Origin: an uncultured delta proteobacterium
GTDB taxonomy: Bacteria > Desulfobacterota > Binatia > UBA9968
Reading direction: 5' to 3'
Assembly: GCA_963847445.1 (NCBI GenBank)
Contig: CAWJZV010000025.1
Span: forward strand, 96,001-160,000
Length of the DNA stretch: 64,000 nucleotides
Part shown: piece by piece, positions 55,423 to 64,000 of the stretch
Position numbering within the stretch: position 1 is the first letter of the stretch
Layout of the letters: each line of letters begins with the position of its first letter
The notes under the pieces: generated by a model
Told to the model about the DNA's origin: nothing
The model's database searches: none
The model's input: only the letters and a program-made list of their open reading frames with translations
Translations under genes and position numbers: made by a program

Positions 55423-55433
55423 AGAGCAATTCG

Positions 55434-56793
55434 ATGAGTTCGAACGGCACCATACTCGTAGTCGAAGATCAGGAGAGCGCCCGTGACAGTCTCGTCGAGC
55501 TGCTTGCGCGGCGAGGGTTACGACGTCCATGAGGCGGCGGATGGCAATGAAGGGATCGCCAAGATAAATCAGCTCGATCTCGATGTCGTGCTGACCGATC
55601 TGATGATGCCGGGAGCGGACGGCCTGGCGGTGCTGAAGCATGTCAGCGAGCTGTCGCCGCAGACTATGGTCGTTCTCATGACCGCCCACGCATCGGTGGA
55701 GACGGCCATCGAGGCGATTCGTGCCGGCGCCCAGGATTACCTGCTCAAGCCGTTGGTTTTCGACGATGTCTTGCGCAAGATTCAAAACCTCATGAGCCAT
55801 CGGCAGCTAGCTTGGGAGAACCAGCTGCTCCGGCGCGAAGTCAGCGGCCATTTCGCGCCGGACCGGCCGCTCGGGCGCAGCCCGGCGATGCAGGAGATCG
55901 TCAAGATGATCATGAAGGTGGCGCCGACGCCGACCACGGTGTTGATCAGCGGCGAGAGCGGCGTCGGCAAGGAAGTCGTCGCCCGCACCATCCACGCCAA
56001 CAGTCCGGCCAAAGACAATGTCTTTCTGCCGGTCAACTGTAGCGCGATCCCGGAGAATTTATTGGAGAGCCAGCTCTTCGGCCACATGAAAGGCTCGTTT
56101 ACCGGCGCGGTCAATTCCCAGGAAGGTTTGTTTCAGCGCGCCCGCGGCGGGACGATTTTTCTCGACGAGATCGGCGAGATGCCGATGAGCTTGCAGCCGA
56201 AACTCTTGCGCGTCCTGGAAGAAAAAACCGTCTTGCCGGTGGGCTCGACCAATCCGGTGAAAGTCAACGTGCGCATCCTGGCCGCGTCCAACCGCGACTT
56301 GAAAGCGGAAGTCGAGGCGGGCCGCTTTCGCGAAGATCTTTACTACCGGCTTTGTGTTTTTGAAATCGACATCCCGCCGCTGCGTAAACGGCTGGAAGAT
56401 CTGCCGGCGCTGGTCGAGCATCTGATTCACCGCCATAACCTGGAGATGAAAACCGCCTACAAAGGCGTCGACAGCGCGACCATGCGCATCCTCATGTCGC
56501 TGCCGTGGAAGGGCAACATCCGCGAGCTCGATAACGTGCTCGAGCGGGCGATGATTCTCGGCAACGGCGAATGGATCGCGCCAGCGGATCTGCCGGGCCA
56601 CAGTTCCGCCGCTGCCGACGGCGACTATCGATTGGAAGATAACCTGACCAAAGCGATCGAACTCTATGAAAAAACCCATATCGAACGAACGCTCGGCAAG
56701 ACCGCCGGCGACAAGATCCGCGCGGCGGAGTTGCTGGGCCTGAGTCTGTCGACGCTCTATCGCAAGATCGAAAAGTTGGAAATCGAAGGGTAA
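55434..56793 (+). CDS. NtrC-family sigma54-dependent response regulator (5' frameshift)
   Basis: TILVVED..TDLMMP REC; GESGVGKE, ESQLFGHMKGSFTGA, FLDEIGE, FREDLYYRL, WKGNIREL; Fis HTH AAELLGLSLSTLYRK. Confidence 0.96.
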
Positions 56794-56812
56794 GCGCGCG
56801 GCTTCGCCGCGG

Positions 56813-56852
56813 GTTCAAATCGTTCAAATCGTTCAAGTCGTTCAAAACGTTC
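56813..56852. repeat. 9-bp tandem repeat GTTCAANNC x4
   Basis: GTTCAAATC GTTCAAATC GTTCAAGTC GTTCAAAAC GTTC. Confidence 0.85.
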
Positions 56853-56878
56853 GGATTCAGTCCCCCTTCTCGGAGACT

Positions 56879-56925
56879 TTCGCAATCCTAACAGGCTTCG
56901 TCGGGAAAATTCTCGGCGCTGCGAA
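56879..56925. promoter_or_regulatory. Tandem UAS pair, 31-bp spacing
   Basis: TTCGCAATCCTAACAG (56879) and TTCTCGGCGCTGCGAA (56910). Confidence 0.7.
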
Positions 56926-56982
56926 ATGTGCCGATCCTCCCGCCATTTTACATTGGTATTTCAGCATGCGGCCCGGTCTGCG

Positions 56983-56998
56983 TGGCACACTCTATGCG
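56983..56998 (+). promoter_or_regulatory. sigma54 promoter of SHOCT/CBS/PRTase operon
   Basis: TGGCACACTCTATGCG. Confidence 0.78.
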
Positions 56999-57052
56999 TT
57001 TATCGTGAATGTCGGACTTGTATTTTGACCAACGTCGCCCGCGGAGGTGGTT

Positions 57053-57371
57053 ATGAATGCCATCGAATTGGCGCTGTAGCTACGTCTCGATGATTTCATT
57101 CCTGTCGCTTCTCACCCTGCAGGGGCCTTACGAGTGGGGCTGGCGCATGCATCCGATGTGGGGCTGGGGTTGGGGCATCGGCATGATGACGATGATGCTG
57201 CTGTTCTGGGGTGCGATATCTTGCCGGTGTATGCGGGGCATCCGCTGGTTTGTCGGTCAAAGCAAACCGTCGCGCGGCAGACTCGGCGATGGAATATCCT
57301 GCAGAGAACGATTTGCCAGCGGCGAGATCGACAAGGATGAATTTGAGACCAAGAAACGCGAACTAACGTAA
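57053..57371 (+). CDS. SHOCT-domain membrane protein (frameshifted)
   Basis: WGWGWGIGMMTMMLLFWG; ERFASGEIDKDEFETKK. Confidence 0.82.
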
Positions 57372-57411
57372 GCGCGCTGCCGGCAAGCGCAAACAAACGG
57401 GAGGTGATTCA

Positions 57412-57696
57412 GTGGAAGATTCGGATCTCAAGCATCGTTTTCATTTGATGCAGACGGAAATCGAGGCGACGGCATCGTTGTTGAAGGATGCCAAGATCGA
57501 TCTCACGTCGGCGCTCGACTCGATCAAAATCGAGGTGGAGATCTTGAAGAGCTACATGGAGCGTAATCATCCGGAGTTTCGCCAAGACTTATGCGGCTCT
57601 CCGGGAAGAAGCGATCCAGGCGATCGATCCCGAATGGCCGGGCGCGGAACCGACGCGGAAACAATGAAGCGGGGTGACTTATGGCGAAGTCGATAA
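57412..57696 (+). CDS. Hypothetical helical protein
   Basis: GGAGG RBS; in operon; 3' end probably frameshifted. Confidence 0.6.
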   Translation: MEDSDLKHRFHLMQTEIEATASLLKDAKIDLTSALDSIKIEVEILKSYMERNHPEFRQDLCGSPGRSDPGDRSRMAGRGTDAETMKRGDLWRSR

Positions 57697-58119
57697 AGAG
57701 GTTGACGGTCGGCGACTGCATGTCCGTCGATCCGGTGACGGTGGCACCGAAGGATTCCCTGCAGCGGGTGATGGAGTTGCTGCGCCGGCGCGATATTCGC
57801 GCGGTGCCGGTGGTGGAGGACGGCAGACTTATCGGCATCGTCACCGACCGCGATGTGCGCCAGGTGGCGCCGGCCTATCCGTTGTTTCGCGATGAAGACG
57901 AGATTCGCCGCTACACCGAGAATCTCACGGTCACGGCGGCGATGACCGCCGACCCATGACGGTTACCGCCGATACGCCGTTGGTCGATGCCGCAAAGATT
58001 CTCGAAACCTATCGTATCAGTTCGTTGCCGGTGGTCGAAGGCACGGGTCGTCGGCATGCTTTCGGTGACCGATTTGTTGCGCGTGTTTGTCGCAGCAAAA
58101 CACGGAGATCGCCGCATGA
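57681..58119 (+). CDS. CBS-pair protein (frameshifted)
   Basis: IRAVPVV..GIVTDRDV..ISSLPVV..SVTDLLR. Confidence 0.88.
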
Positions 58120-58662
58120 AATTGCAGGAATCATGGTGAAGGATGTGTCCAGGCCGCGCCCGACGAAACCATCGGCGTGGCCGGAAAGCGCATGCGCGAA
58201 AGCGCGGTGGGCTGCTTGGTGATTACCGTGGCGGGCGCGGTTAAAGGAATCATCACCGACCGCGATCTGCTCGCTTGTCTCGCCGCCGAGCATGATCCTT
58301 ATCGCTGCCAGATCGCCACGCATATGCGCCGGCCGGTGCATGTGCTGCGCCCGGACGAGGATCATGCCAGCGCGGCGGCAGGTGATGCGGGATCGGCGCA
58401 TCAAGCGCTTGCCGATCGCGCAGAACGGCAAGCTGTTGGGCATCGTCTCGCTATCGGATCTCGCCGCCATTGCCGGTGGGGAGGCGGAACAACTGCGCGC
58501 TGCGCTGCAATTCTTCACCGCCGTCGTGCGCACTCAGGCCTCGCAGAGCGAGCCGACCAGAGCAGCGATACTGACAGGCCGCGCGGGTATCGCCGCCGGC
58601 GGAATTTGCCAACGACGACCGGGAAGTTCTCGACACCGGCGGCCCTGGATAGGGACTGGTGA
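58116..58662 (+). CDS. CBS-pair protein (frameshifted)
   Basis: VGCLVI..GIITDRDL..IKRLPI..GIVSLSDL. Confidence 0.85.
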
Positions 58663-58680
58663 GGTGCGCCGAGGTGAACC

Positions 58681-59331
58681 ATGCGATTTAAAAATCGACA
58701 ACATGCCGCGGAGTTACTCGTCCAACGGCTAAGAACAGCTTATAAGAACAAAAATCCTCTAGTGCTCGGCGTGCCGCGGGGCGCCGTGCCGATGGCAAAG
58801 ATCATCGCCGACGCTTTTGGCGGCGAATTGGATGTCGTGCTGGTGCATAAGCTGACCCACCCAGAGCAAGCCGGAGCTCGCCATCGGCGCCATCGATGAG
58901 CAGGGCAAGGCGTTCGTTTCCGAATGGGCCGCGGACTTAGATCCTGAGTATCTTGAGGCGGAAAAACAGCGCCAGCTGGCCGTGCTGCGCAAACGGCGCG
59001 CGACATATACGCCGCTGCGGCAACCGATCGATCCCGCATGACCGCATCGTTATCGTCGTCGATGACGGCATCGCCACCGGTTCGACGATGACCGCGGCGC
59101 TGCGCGCGTTGCGCGCGCGCAAACCCAAGAAGCTCATTGGCGCGGTGGCGGTGGCGTCGCCGGAAGCGGCGCGGGCGATGCTGCACGAGTGCGACGCCAT
59201 GGTCTGTTTGAGCGTGCCGGCTGAATTTTACGCCGTCGGCCAGTTCTTCGACGACTTCGAGCCAGGTCAGCGATGACGAAGTCGTCGCGATCTTGAAGCA
59301 AGATGTCGGAAACGTCTCGGCTGTGGGATAA
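58681..59331 (+). CDS. Phosphoribosyltransferase-family protein (frameshifted)
   Basis: VLGVPRGAVP, VIVVDDGIATGSTM PRPP loop, FYAVGQFF. Confidence 0.92.
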
Positions 59332-59502
59332 GCGGGCCCGGCTCTTTTCGCGGCATTGGCCAGGGTTCAGCTCTTTTTCGCGGTTTTCACCTCGAAGACG
59401 GGACATGCGCCGAACCACTCGCGCTGCTATTACAATTGGGACACCGGATCGGTCTAATGTTTTTCCGGATACTTGCCGAAGGAAAACATCAGCGATGATC
59501 TC

Positions 59503-59725
59503 TTTCCCCACTTTCGTAAACAGACTGTGTCGCAACTGTCATTCCGAGGTGAAGCCGAGGAATCTCTTCTTCGTATGTGGCTGAAAATACGAGATCCCTC
59601 GCCGCGCTCGGGATGACAGATGTGGGGCATTTGCGCATTACGACACAGCCTCGAAGTGGGGAAGGGGGGATTTTCATGCGTGCCCGGCAAATCCCCCTCG
59701 ATCCCCGCTTTCTCAAAGGGGGAAG
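59503..59725. repeat. Nested REP-like elements
   Basis: GTCATTCCGAG...CTCGGGATGAC (59538..59617) inside IR GACTGTGTCGCAA/TTACGACACAGCC, inside TTCCCCACTTTCG/CGAAGTGGGGAA; then AAATCCCCCTC..CAAAGGGGG. Confidence 0.75.
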
Positions 59726-59860
59726 GCCGGAACAACTTGGCGATTTTCAGCGCCTGCTTCAAAGGAAGTTTTTCTGCGGCGCAAACTCCTAGCTCTTTTT
59801 TGAGGTTTTCACCTCGATATAAAGGGCTCGCTGCTGGATATTTTCGCACCCGCCGATCGC

Positions 59861-60946
59861 TTGATGACGATCCCTTGGTCCTTCGCCGAAAAATGCCGAT
59901 TGCTTACCCAACTCTGGTCGATCCCGGCACCGACCTACGCCCGGACCGGCCTTTTCGCCGGGTTCGGTAACGCTGGTGCGCAAGGTTCCCTGGGGCGGAC
60001 TCGCGCCGCGGTGAATTACCACTACGATCATCCAGTGGAATTCTGGCGCTTATGGCTCGACGAATCGCTGTCCTATAGCTGTGCCTATTTCCAATCGCCG
60101 GATGATTCGCTGGCGGTGGCGCAAAAAGCCAAGCTCGACTACATCTGCCGCAAGCTGCGGCTGCGGCCGGGGATGCGCTTGCTCGACATGGGTTGCGGTT
60201 GGGGTGCTCTGATCGTTCATGCTGCCACTCATTACGGTGTCGAGGCGGTGGGCTTGACGGTGAGCCCCGAGCAAGCCGAAGTGGCGCGCCAACGGATTCA
60301 CCAAGCGGGGGTGGAGCGCCAATGTCGTATCGAGGTAGAAAACTTTTTCGCCTGGCGTGAAGCCGAGGGTTTCGATCGGGTGAGCAGTATTGGCGCCGCC
60401 GAACATGTGCCGGAAATCCGCTTCGAAGAATATTTTAAGTTAGCCGTCGCCTCGCTGCGGCCCGGCGGTCAATTTCTCCATCACGCGATCACGCGCACAC
60501 CGAGCGCTCTAGATCGCCCCGGCCGATCCTATAGCCATCGCTATGTTTTTCCGGATTACTTTCTGGCGACTATCGGCCAAACCACGCGTGCGGCGGAAGC
60601 GGCGGGTTTTGAAATCCGCGACGTCGAGAGTTTGCGGGAACATTATGCACTGACTCTAAGACATTGGCTGCAACGTTTCGAAGCCGCGCAGGACGCTTTA
60701 CAAAAACAAACTGACGAACTGAGTTGCCGAGTGTTTCGGCTTTATCTCGCCGGGTCGGCTTACGAGTTCCAATCCGGGCGGATGAATTTGCATCAATCAT
60801 TGCTGGTCAAGCCTGACCGAGGCCGGAGTGGCGTGCCGCTGACGCGGCAGGATTGGTATCGGACCGACGACTCGCTGGCAGGGGCGCTTTCTCATTCTCA
60901 TTATGGCAAGGACGCTGTGAACGGCACCGCCAAATTGGCGGACTGA
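59861..60946 (+). CDS. cfa: Cyclopropane-fatty-acyl-phospholipid synthase-family methyltransferase
   Basis: YHYD, YSCAYF, LLDMGCGWG, VESLREHYALTL. Confidence 0.9.
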   Translation: MMTIPWSFAEKCRLLTQLWSIPAPTYARTGLFAGFGNAGAQGSLGRTRAAVNYHYDHPVEFWRLWLDESLSYSCAYFQSPDDSLAVAQKAKLDYICRKLRLRPGMRLLDMGCGWGALIVHAATHYGVEAVGLTVSPEQAEVARQRIHQAGVERQCRIEVENFFAWREAEGFDRVSSIGAAEHVPEIRFEEYFKLAVASLRPGGQFLHHAITRTPSALDRPGRSYSHRYVFPDYFLATIGQTTRAAEAAGFEIRDVESLREHYALTLRHWLQRFEAAQDALQKQTDELSCRVFRLYLAGSAYEFQSGRMNLHQSLLVKPDRGRSGVPLTRQDWYRTDDSLAGALSHSHYGKDAVNGTAKLAD

Positions 60947-60998
60947 CGGACCGATGAGCCACGAAAAATGGATCGGACCGTCAGACCAGGCACCAAGC

Positions 60999-61442
60999 CT
61001 ACTTGGCCTGCAGGCGGTAGATGTACTCTGTCAGCGCAAGGATGCGGCTGCGGACATAAGCTTCGGCTTCGTAAGGGAATTCCATATTGGACTCCCGAGC
61101 CTTCCCTAGGTAATCGAGGCCCCAAATCGGCATTTCGCTCGGACCGTGAGCTCTGAAGCTTCGCCTGCCATCAATGATTTCCTGCACCCACAGCACCGGA
61201 AACATGCCGTGGTTCCGTTGAGCAAGAGTCGTCAAGTCAGAGACCTTGGTGTTGAGCATTCCAGCGTAGGGCCCATCGCCCTTGCCTGCGCTGCCGTGGC
61301 AGATGGCGCATTTTGAATCGTATTCACGTTTGCCGAAATCGAATTTTGCCGGTGCTGATTTGTCCGCGCCGTTAGCGACCATGGCTGGACCAGCGATCAT
61401 GGTCATCGCCAGTATTACGGCTGCAAGTTTGATTACTCTCAT
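60999..61442 (-). CDS. Monoheme class I cytochrome c
   Basis: Signal peptide; CAICHG; EMPIWG distal Met. Confidence 0.9.
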   Translation of the reverse strand: MRVIKLAAVILAMTMIAGPAMVANGADKSAPAKFDFGKREYDSKCAICHGSAGKGDGPYAGMLNTKVSDLTTLAQRNHGMFPVLWVQEIIDGRRSFRAHGPSEMPIWGLDYLGKARESNMEFPYEAEAYVRSRILALTEYIYRLQAK

Positions 61443-61494
61443 ATCAAGCCTCCCTATCAACGACTCGTAAACTAAGGATAAGATCTCTGACCGG

Positions 61495-64000
61495 CTAGAG
61501 TCGCACTTCTTGTGCCGGCCATGCCTCAACGCGCGACAATGGCCGCAAATGGTGATCGAGCACCTGTTGCGTATGAACTTCGACTTGCCGTAAGAACGAC
61601 GGCGACACCGCGTAACCGTCGCTTTCATAGGTGAGGATCGGCATGCCGCGTTGGATGCTGAGCGGTTTCAAGATCGCTTCGGCGATGCGGAAGGGGAGAC
61701 AGTTAAACGGGCCGATTATAATGATGCCATCATAGCCCGCAACCTCGGCGCGTACGCCGTCGCCCACTGTCGGAATCAACTCGCCGTAGATTTTCGGTGA
61801 GATATGCTCAGCCGCGTCGGTGAATGTCGCCGACGCATCGCCGTTTGGTGTCAGCAAATAGCCGCTCTGGTGAAAGAGTCTGCGATAATACTCCTCCGAT
61901 CTTTTCTCCGTCTGATAGGCAAGCCAACGACGCAGATACTCTTTGCCATCGGGCTGGAAAATTCTCGTGCAAGCTTTGGCCAGTGCTGCGCCGCCCGGTT
62001 TCAATCCCCAACCGCCCGCCGCTTCATGGACCATGTTGTAAGCACCGTAAAGCAGCAGGCCGTTCAGGTCGACCGGTTTGAGAATGATGCCGCAATCGTT
62101 ATAGATCTCACGCACGCCTTCCATGAAAAGCGGATTGAAGCGTGTGAAGAAATCGCCGGTCACCAAGACCCGCGGACAATCCAGTGGATCGCGTTTGCGC
62201 GGCAGCGCTGCCAGGCGTTCGACCAAGCCGGGGAGCGCGGCATGAAATTGTTCCAGTGAAGTTGCGCTGGCGATGAAGCGCTGCCATTCCTGTCTGAACC
62301 TCGCGCTGGCGTCGCCATCGCCGACCACATGAATCACCTGTTCGATTTCGACCATGATGTCAGCTACCACCAATGCCGGCAGGGTATACTTTGCCAGGGT
62401 CATCTGGTCGTAGCCGCAGTGATCATTGTCGGCGCCCGGGATAAGCAGGAAGAGATCGTCCAGGTGCTGTTCGGCGATAAAGCGCTCCAGATAGCCCATG
62501 TAGGCATCGATGACGCAAGGCGCGCCGCCTTCCAGCATGTAGAATCCGGCGATCTCGCCGGCCGCGCGCTGCTCGTGAATATCCAACAACTGGCCGATGC
62601 AAATCGGCAACGGCAGGCACTCCCGTCCCGACGTGTATTGCAAACCTCTGCCCAGATGACGGCGCTCAAGGGGCGTCACCGCTCCCGCGTGTAAGCCCAA
62701 CCAGCCAACCGACATCGCCAGAGATTCCGAGTGGTGCTGCGAAAAATTGGGGAAATAGAGCTTGACCCGCGGGTCGGTGAGCGCAACTTGCTCGCCGTTG
62801 CTGCGGATAACTTGCCGGCCGGCGATAAGTCGAGCCGGGTTGAATCGATCGGCATGGCTGCTCTGACCGACCCGGAAGTTTCTCACGATGTCGAGGAAGG
62901 CTTCCAATCGGGTTTGCACACCAGCGTCGGCGGTGTGGGCGTCGATTTCGAGAATCAGATAGGGCTTGGTGCCCAACTCGGAAGCGAGCATCGATTGGGT
63001 GAAGGCGTCAATGGTGCAACTAAAATTGCTCACGCAGAGGAGAAACAGATTGGCATGCTGTTTGACGACGTTTACCGCATTCATCACCTGGTTGGCGAAG
63101 TGCCACGAGGTCGGCCCGGCGCCTTCCGGCATAAGGCAGTCTGCGGGAATCGCCGCCACACCCATGCTCGAGAGTTTCTTGCCCACTGACTGCGAGCCTT
63201 CCGGAGTGAAAGCATTGTAGCTGTGGCCCGCCAGAACGATCGCCGGCTTGCTCGCAGCGATGGCTTCTGCCAAGGCGGCTTGTCCCAACTTTTGCACTTC
63301 GGACTCGGCTTCGGTTTGCGCCTGGACGGCCGCCGTCCACTGCCGCTCCGCGAACGCGCGCGTTTGTCCTAGCTCATTCACGGCCATTTCCACCAAGGCG
63401 GAGCTGGCGGCATAACCGTCGCTGAAGTCCAGCAGTGGCGAGAGCAGATGAATCTGCGGGTAAGCCTTGGCCAGGAAGTAGGGGCTCGCCTGGGTGATCG
63501 GACATAAGTAAGATTCTTTCCAAGCTTCGCGCGCCGGCATGCGCATCACGTGGGGCAGGAAGATCAGCTCGACACCCCGTTGCACCAAGTCCAAGACCGC
63601 ACCGTGGGCGATCTGCGCGGGAAAACAAAAGCCGGCATTCGACTTGAGTTCGCCGCGCGGGTCGATGTTCGACAGGACCACGTCCATGCCCAAACCGGCG
63701 AAGAACGTCGAATAGAGGGGAAACAGCGAGTGCGCGGTCAGCGCCTTGGGGATACCGATGCGGCTGCCGTTGACTGGGTGATCACCATCGGGCCGGCCAA
63801 AAAGTAGTTTGCTTCGCTTCTCAACCAGATCGGGCGCCGCCACCATGCGGGTTTTTCGCTTCCAAACATTCTCATACAGACTGCAACGCCCGCCGAAGGG
63901 AAAGCGCCGTCCGGCCACTTCGAAATGGTCGATGCTGCAATACATCGTACAGGCGCCGCAGGTGAATCGACTGGTGCGCTGCATGTCCGGCGCCGCCAGG
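61495..64000 (-). CDS. Acyl-CoA dehydratase activase-related protein (DUF2229/HgdD-like; 5' end off window)
   Basis: FTCGAC..FGGRC, IGIPKAL, CFPAQIAHG, NFSCTID, LEIDAHTADAGVQTRLEAF, GRECLP, GPFNCLP. Confidence 0.9.
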   Translation of the reverse strand, partial: LAAPDMQRTSRFTCGACTMYCSIDHFEVAGRRFPFGGRCSLYENVWKRKTRMVAAPDLVEKRSKLLFGRPDGDHPVNGSRIGIPKALTAHSLFPLYSTFFAGLGMDVVLSNIDPRGELKSNAGFCFPAQIAHGAVLDLVQRGVELIFLPHVMRMPAREAWKESYLCPITQASPYFLAKAYPQIHLLSPLLDFSDGYAASSALVEMAVNELGQTRAFAERQWTAAVQAQTEAESEVQKLGQAALAEAIAASKPAIVLAGHSYNAFTPEGSQSVGKKLSSMGVAAIPADCLMPEGAGPTSWHFANQVMNAVNVVKQHANLFLLCVSNFSCTIDAFTQSMLASELGTKPYLILEIDAHTADAGVQTRLEAFLDIVRNFRVGQSSHADRFNPARLIAGRQVIRSNGEQVALTDPRVKLYFPNFSQHHSESLAMSVGWLGLHAGAVTPLERRHLGRGLQYTSGRECLPLPICIGQLLDIHEQRAAGEIAGFYMLEGGAPCVIDAYMGYLERFIAEQHLDDLFLLIPGADNDHCGYDQMTLAKYTLPALVVADIMVEIEQVIHVVGDGDASARFRQEWQRFIASATSLEQFHAALPGLVERLAALPRKRDPLDCPRVLVTGDFFTRFNPLFMEGVREIYNDCGIILKPVDLNGLLLYGAYNMVHEAAGGWGLKPGGAALAKACTRIFQPDGKEYLRRWLAYQTEKRSEEYYRRLFHQSGYLLTPNGDASATFTDAAEHISPKIYGELIPTVGDGVRAEVAGYDGIIIIGPFNCLPFRIAEAILKPLSIQRGMPILTYESDGYAVSPSFLRQVEVHTQQVLDHHLRPLSRVEAWPAQEVRL

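Noticed and set aside
48728-56852. CRISPR array from GTTCAA repeats
   Set aside because: 9-bp period, no unique spacers, no cas genes
22708-56925. UAS motif as an FNR/FixK box
   Set aside because: FNR/FixK consensus TTGAT-N4-ATCAA is not matched; the sites are paired and linked to sigma54 elements; no Crp/Fnr gene in window

Overview
GC-rich bacterial chromosomal window; gene content and repeat families suggest a Deltaproteobacteria/Candidatus Binatia-like organism (inference). Many genes are split by single-base indels that look like long-read consensus errors. Left end: a minus-strand chemosensory operon (CheY-like, cheD, P2-less cheA, cheW, three MCPs, cheR) divergent from a coiled-coil + single-domain KaiC-like ATPase pair. 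Next come two-component genes, marR + ABC permease, fumC, a nucleotidyltransferase, USPs and a ~9 kb cyclic beta-1,2-glucan synthase. From ~35 kb onward is a dense general-stress/hypoxia island: CsbD, BON, YtxH, DUF3185/DUF3309/lmo0937 small proteins, desaturase, ferritin-like, hemerythrin, five CBS proteins, dienelactone hydrolase, PRTase, cfa and cytochromes c. The main non-obvious signal is regulatory. There are about 13 canonical sigma54 (-24/-12) promoters plus two non-canonical TG variants. A 16-bp palindrome (TTcgCA-N4-TGcgAA-like) occurs as tandem pairs exactly 31 bp apart at six loci, four of them inside bidirectional sigma54 promoter modules. The same pairs sit directly upstream of a CHASE/FixL-type heme-PAS kinase and its NtrC-family partner. 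This points to a sigma54-based, probably O2-sensing, DosR-like dormancy regulon, which also includes a stand-alone N-terminal ribonucleotide reductase mini-gene.
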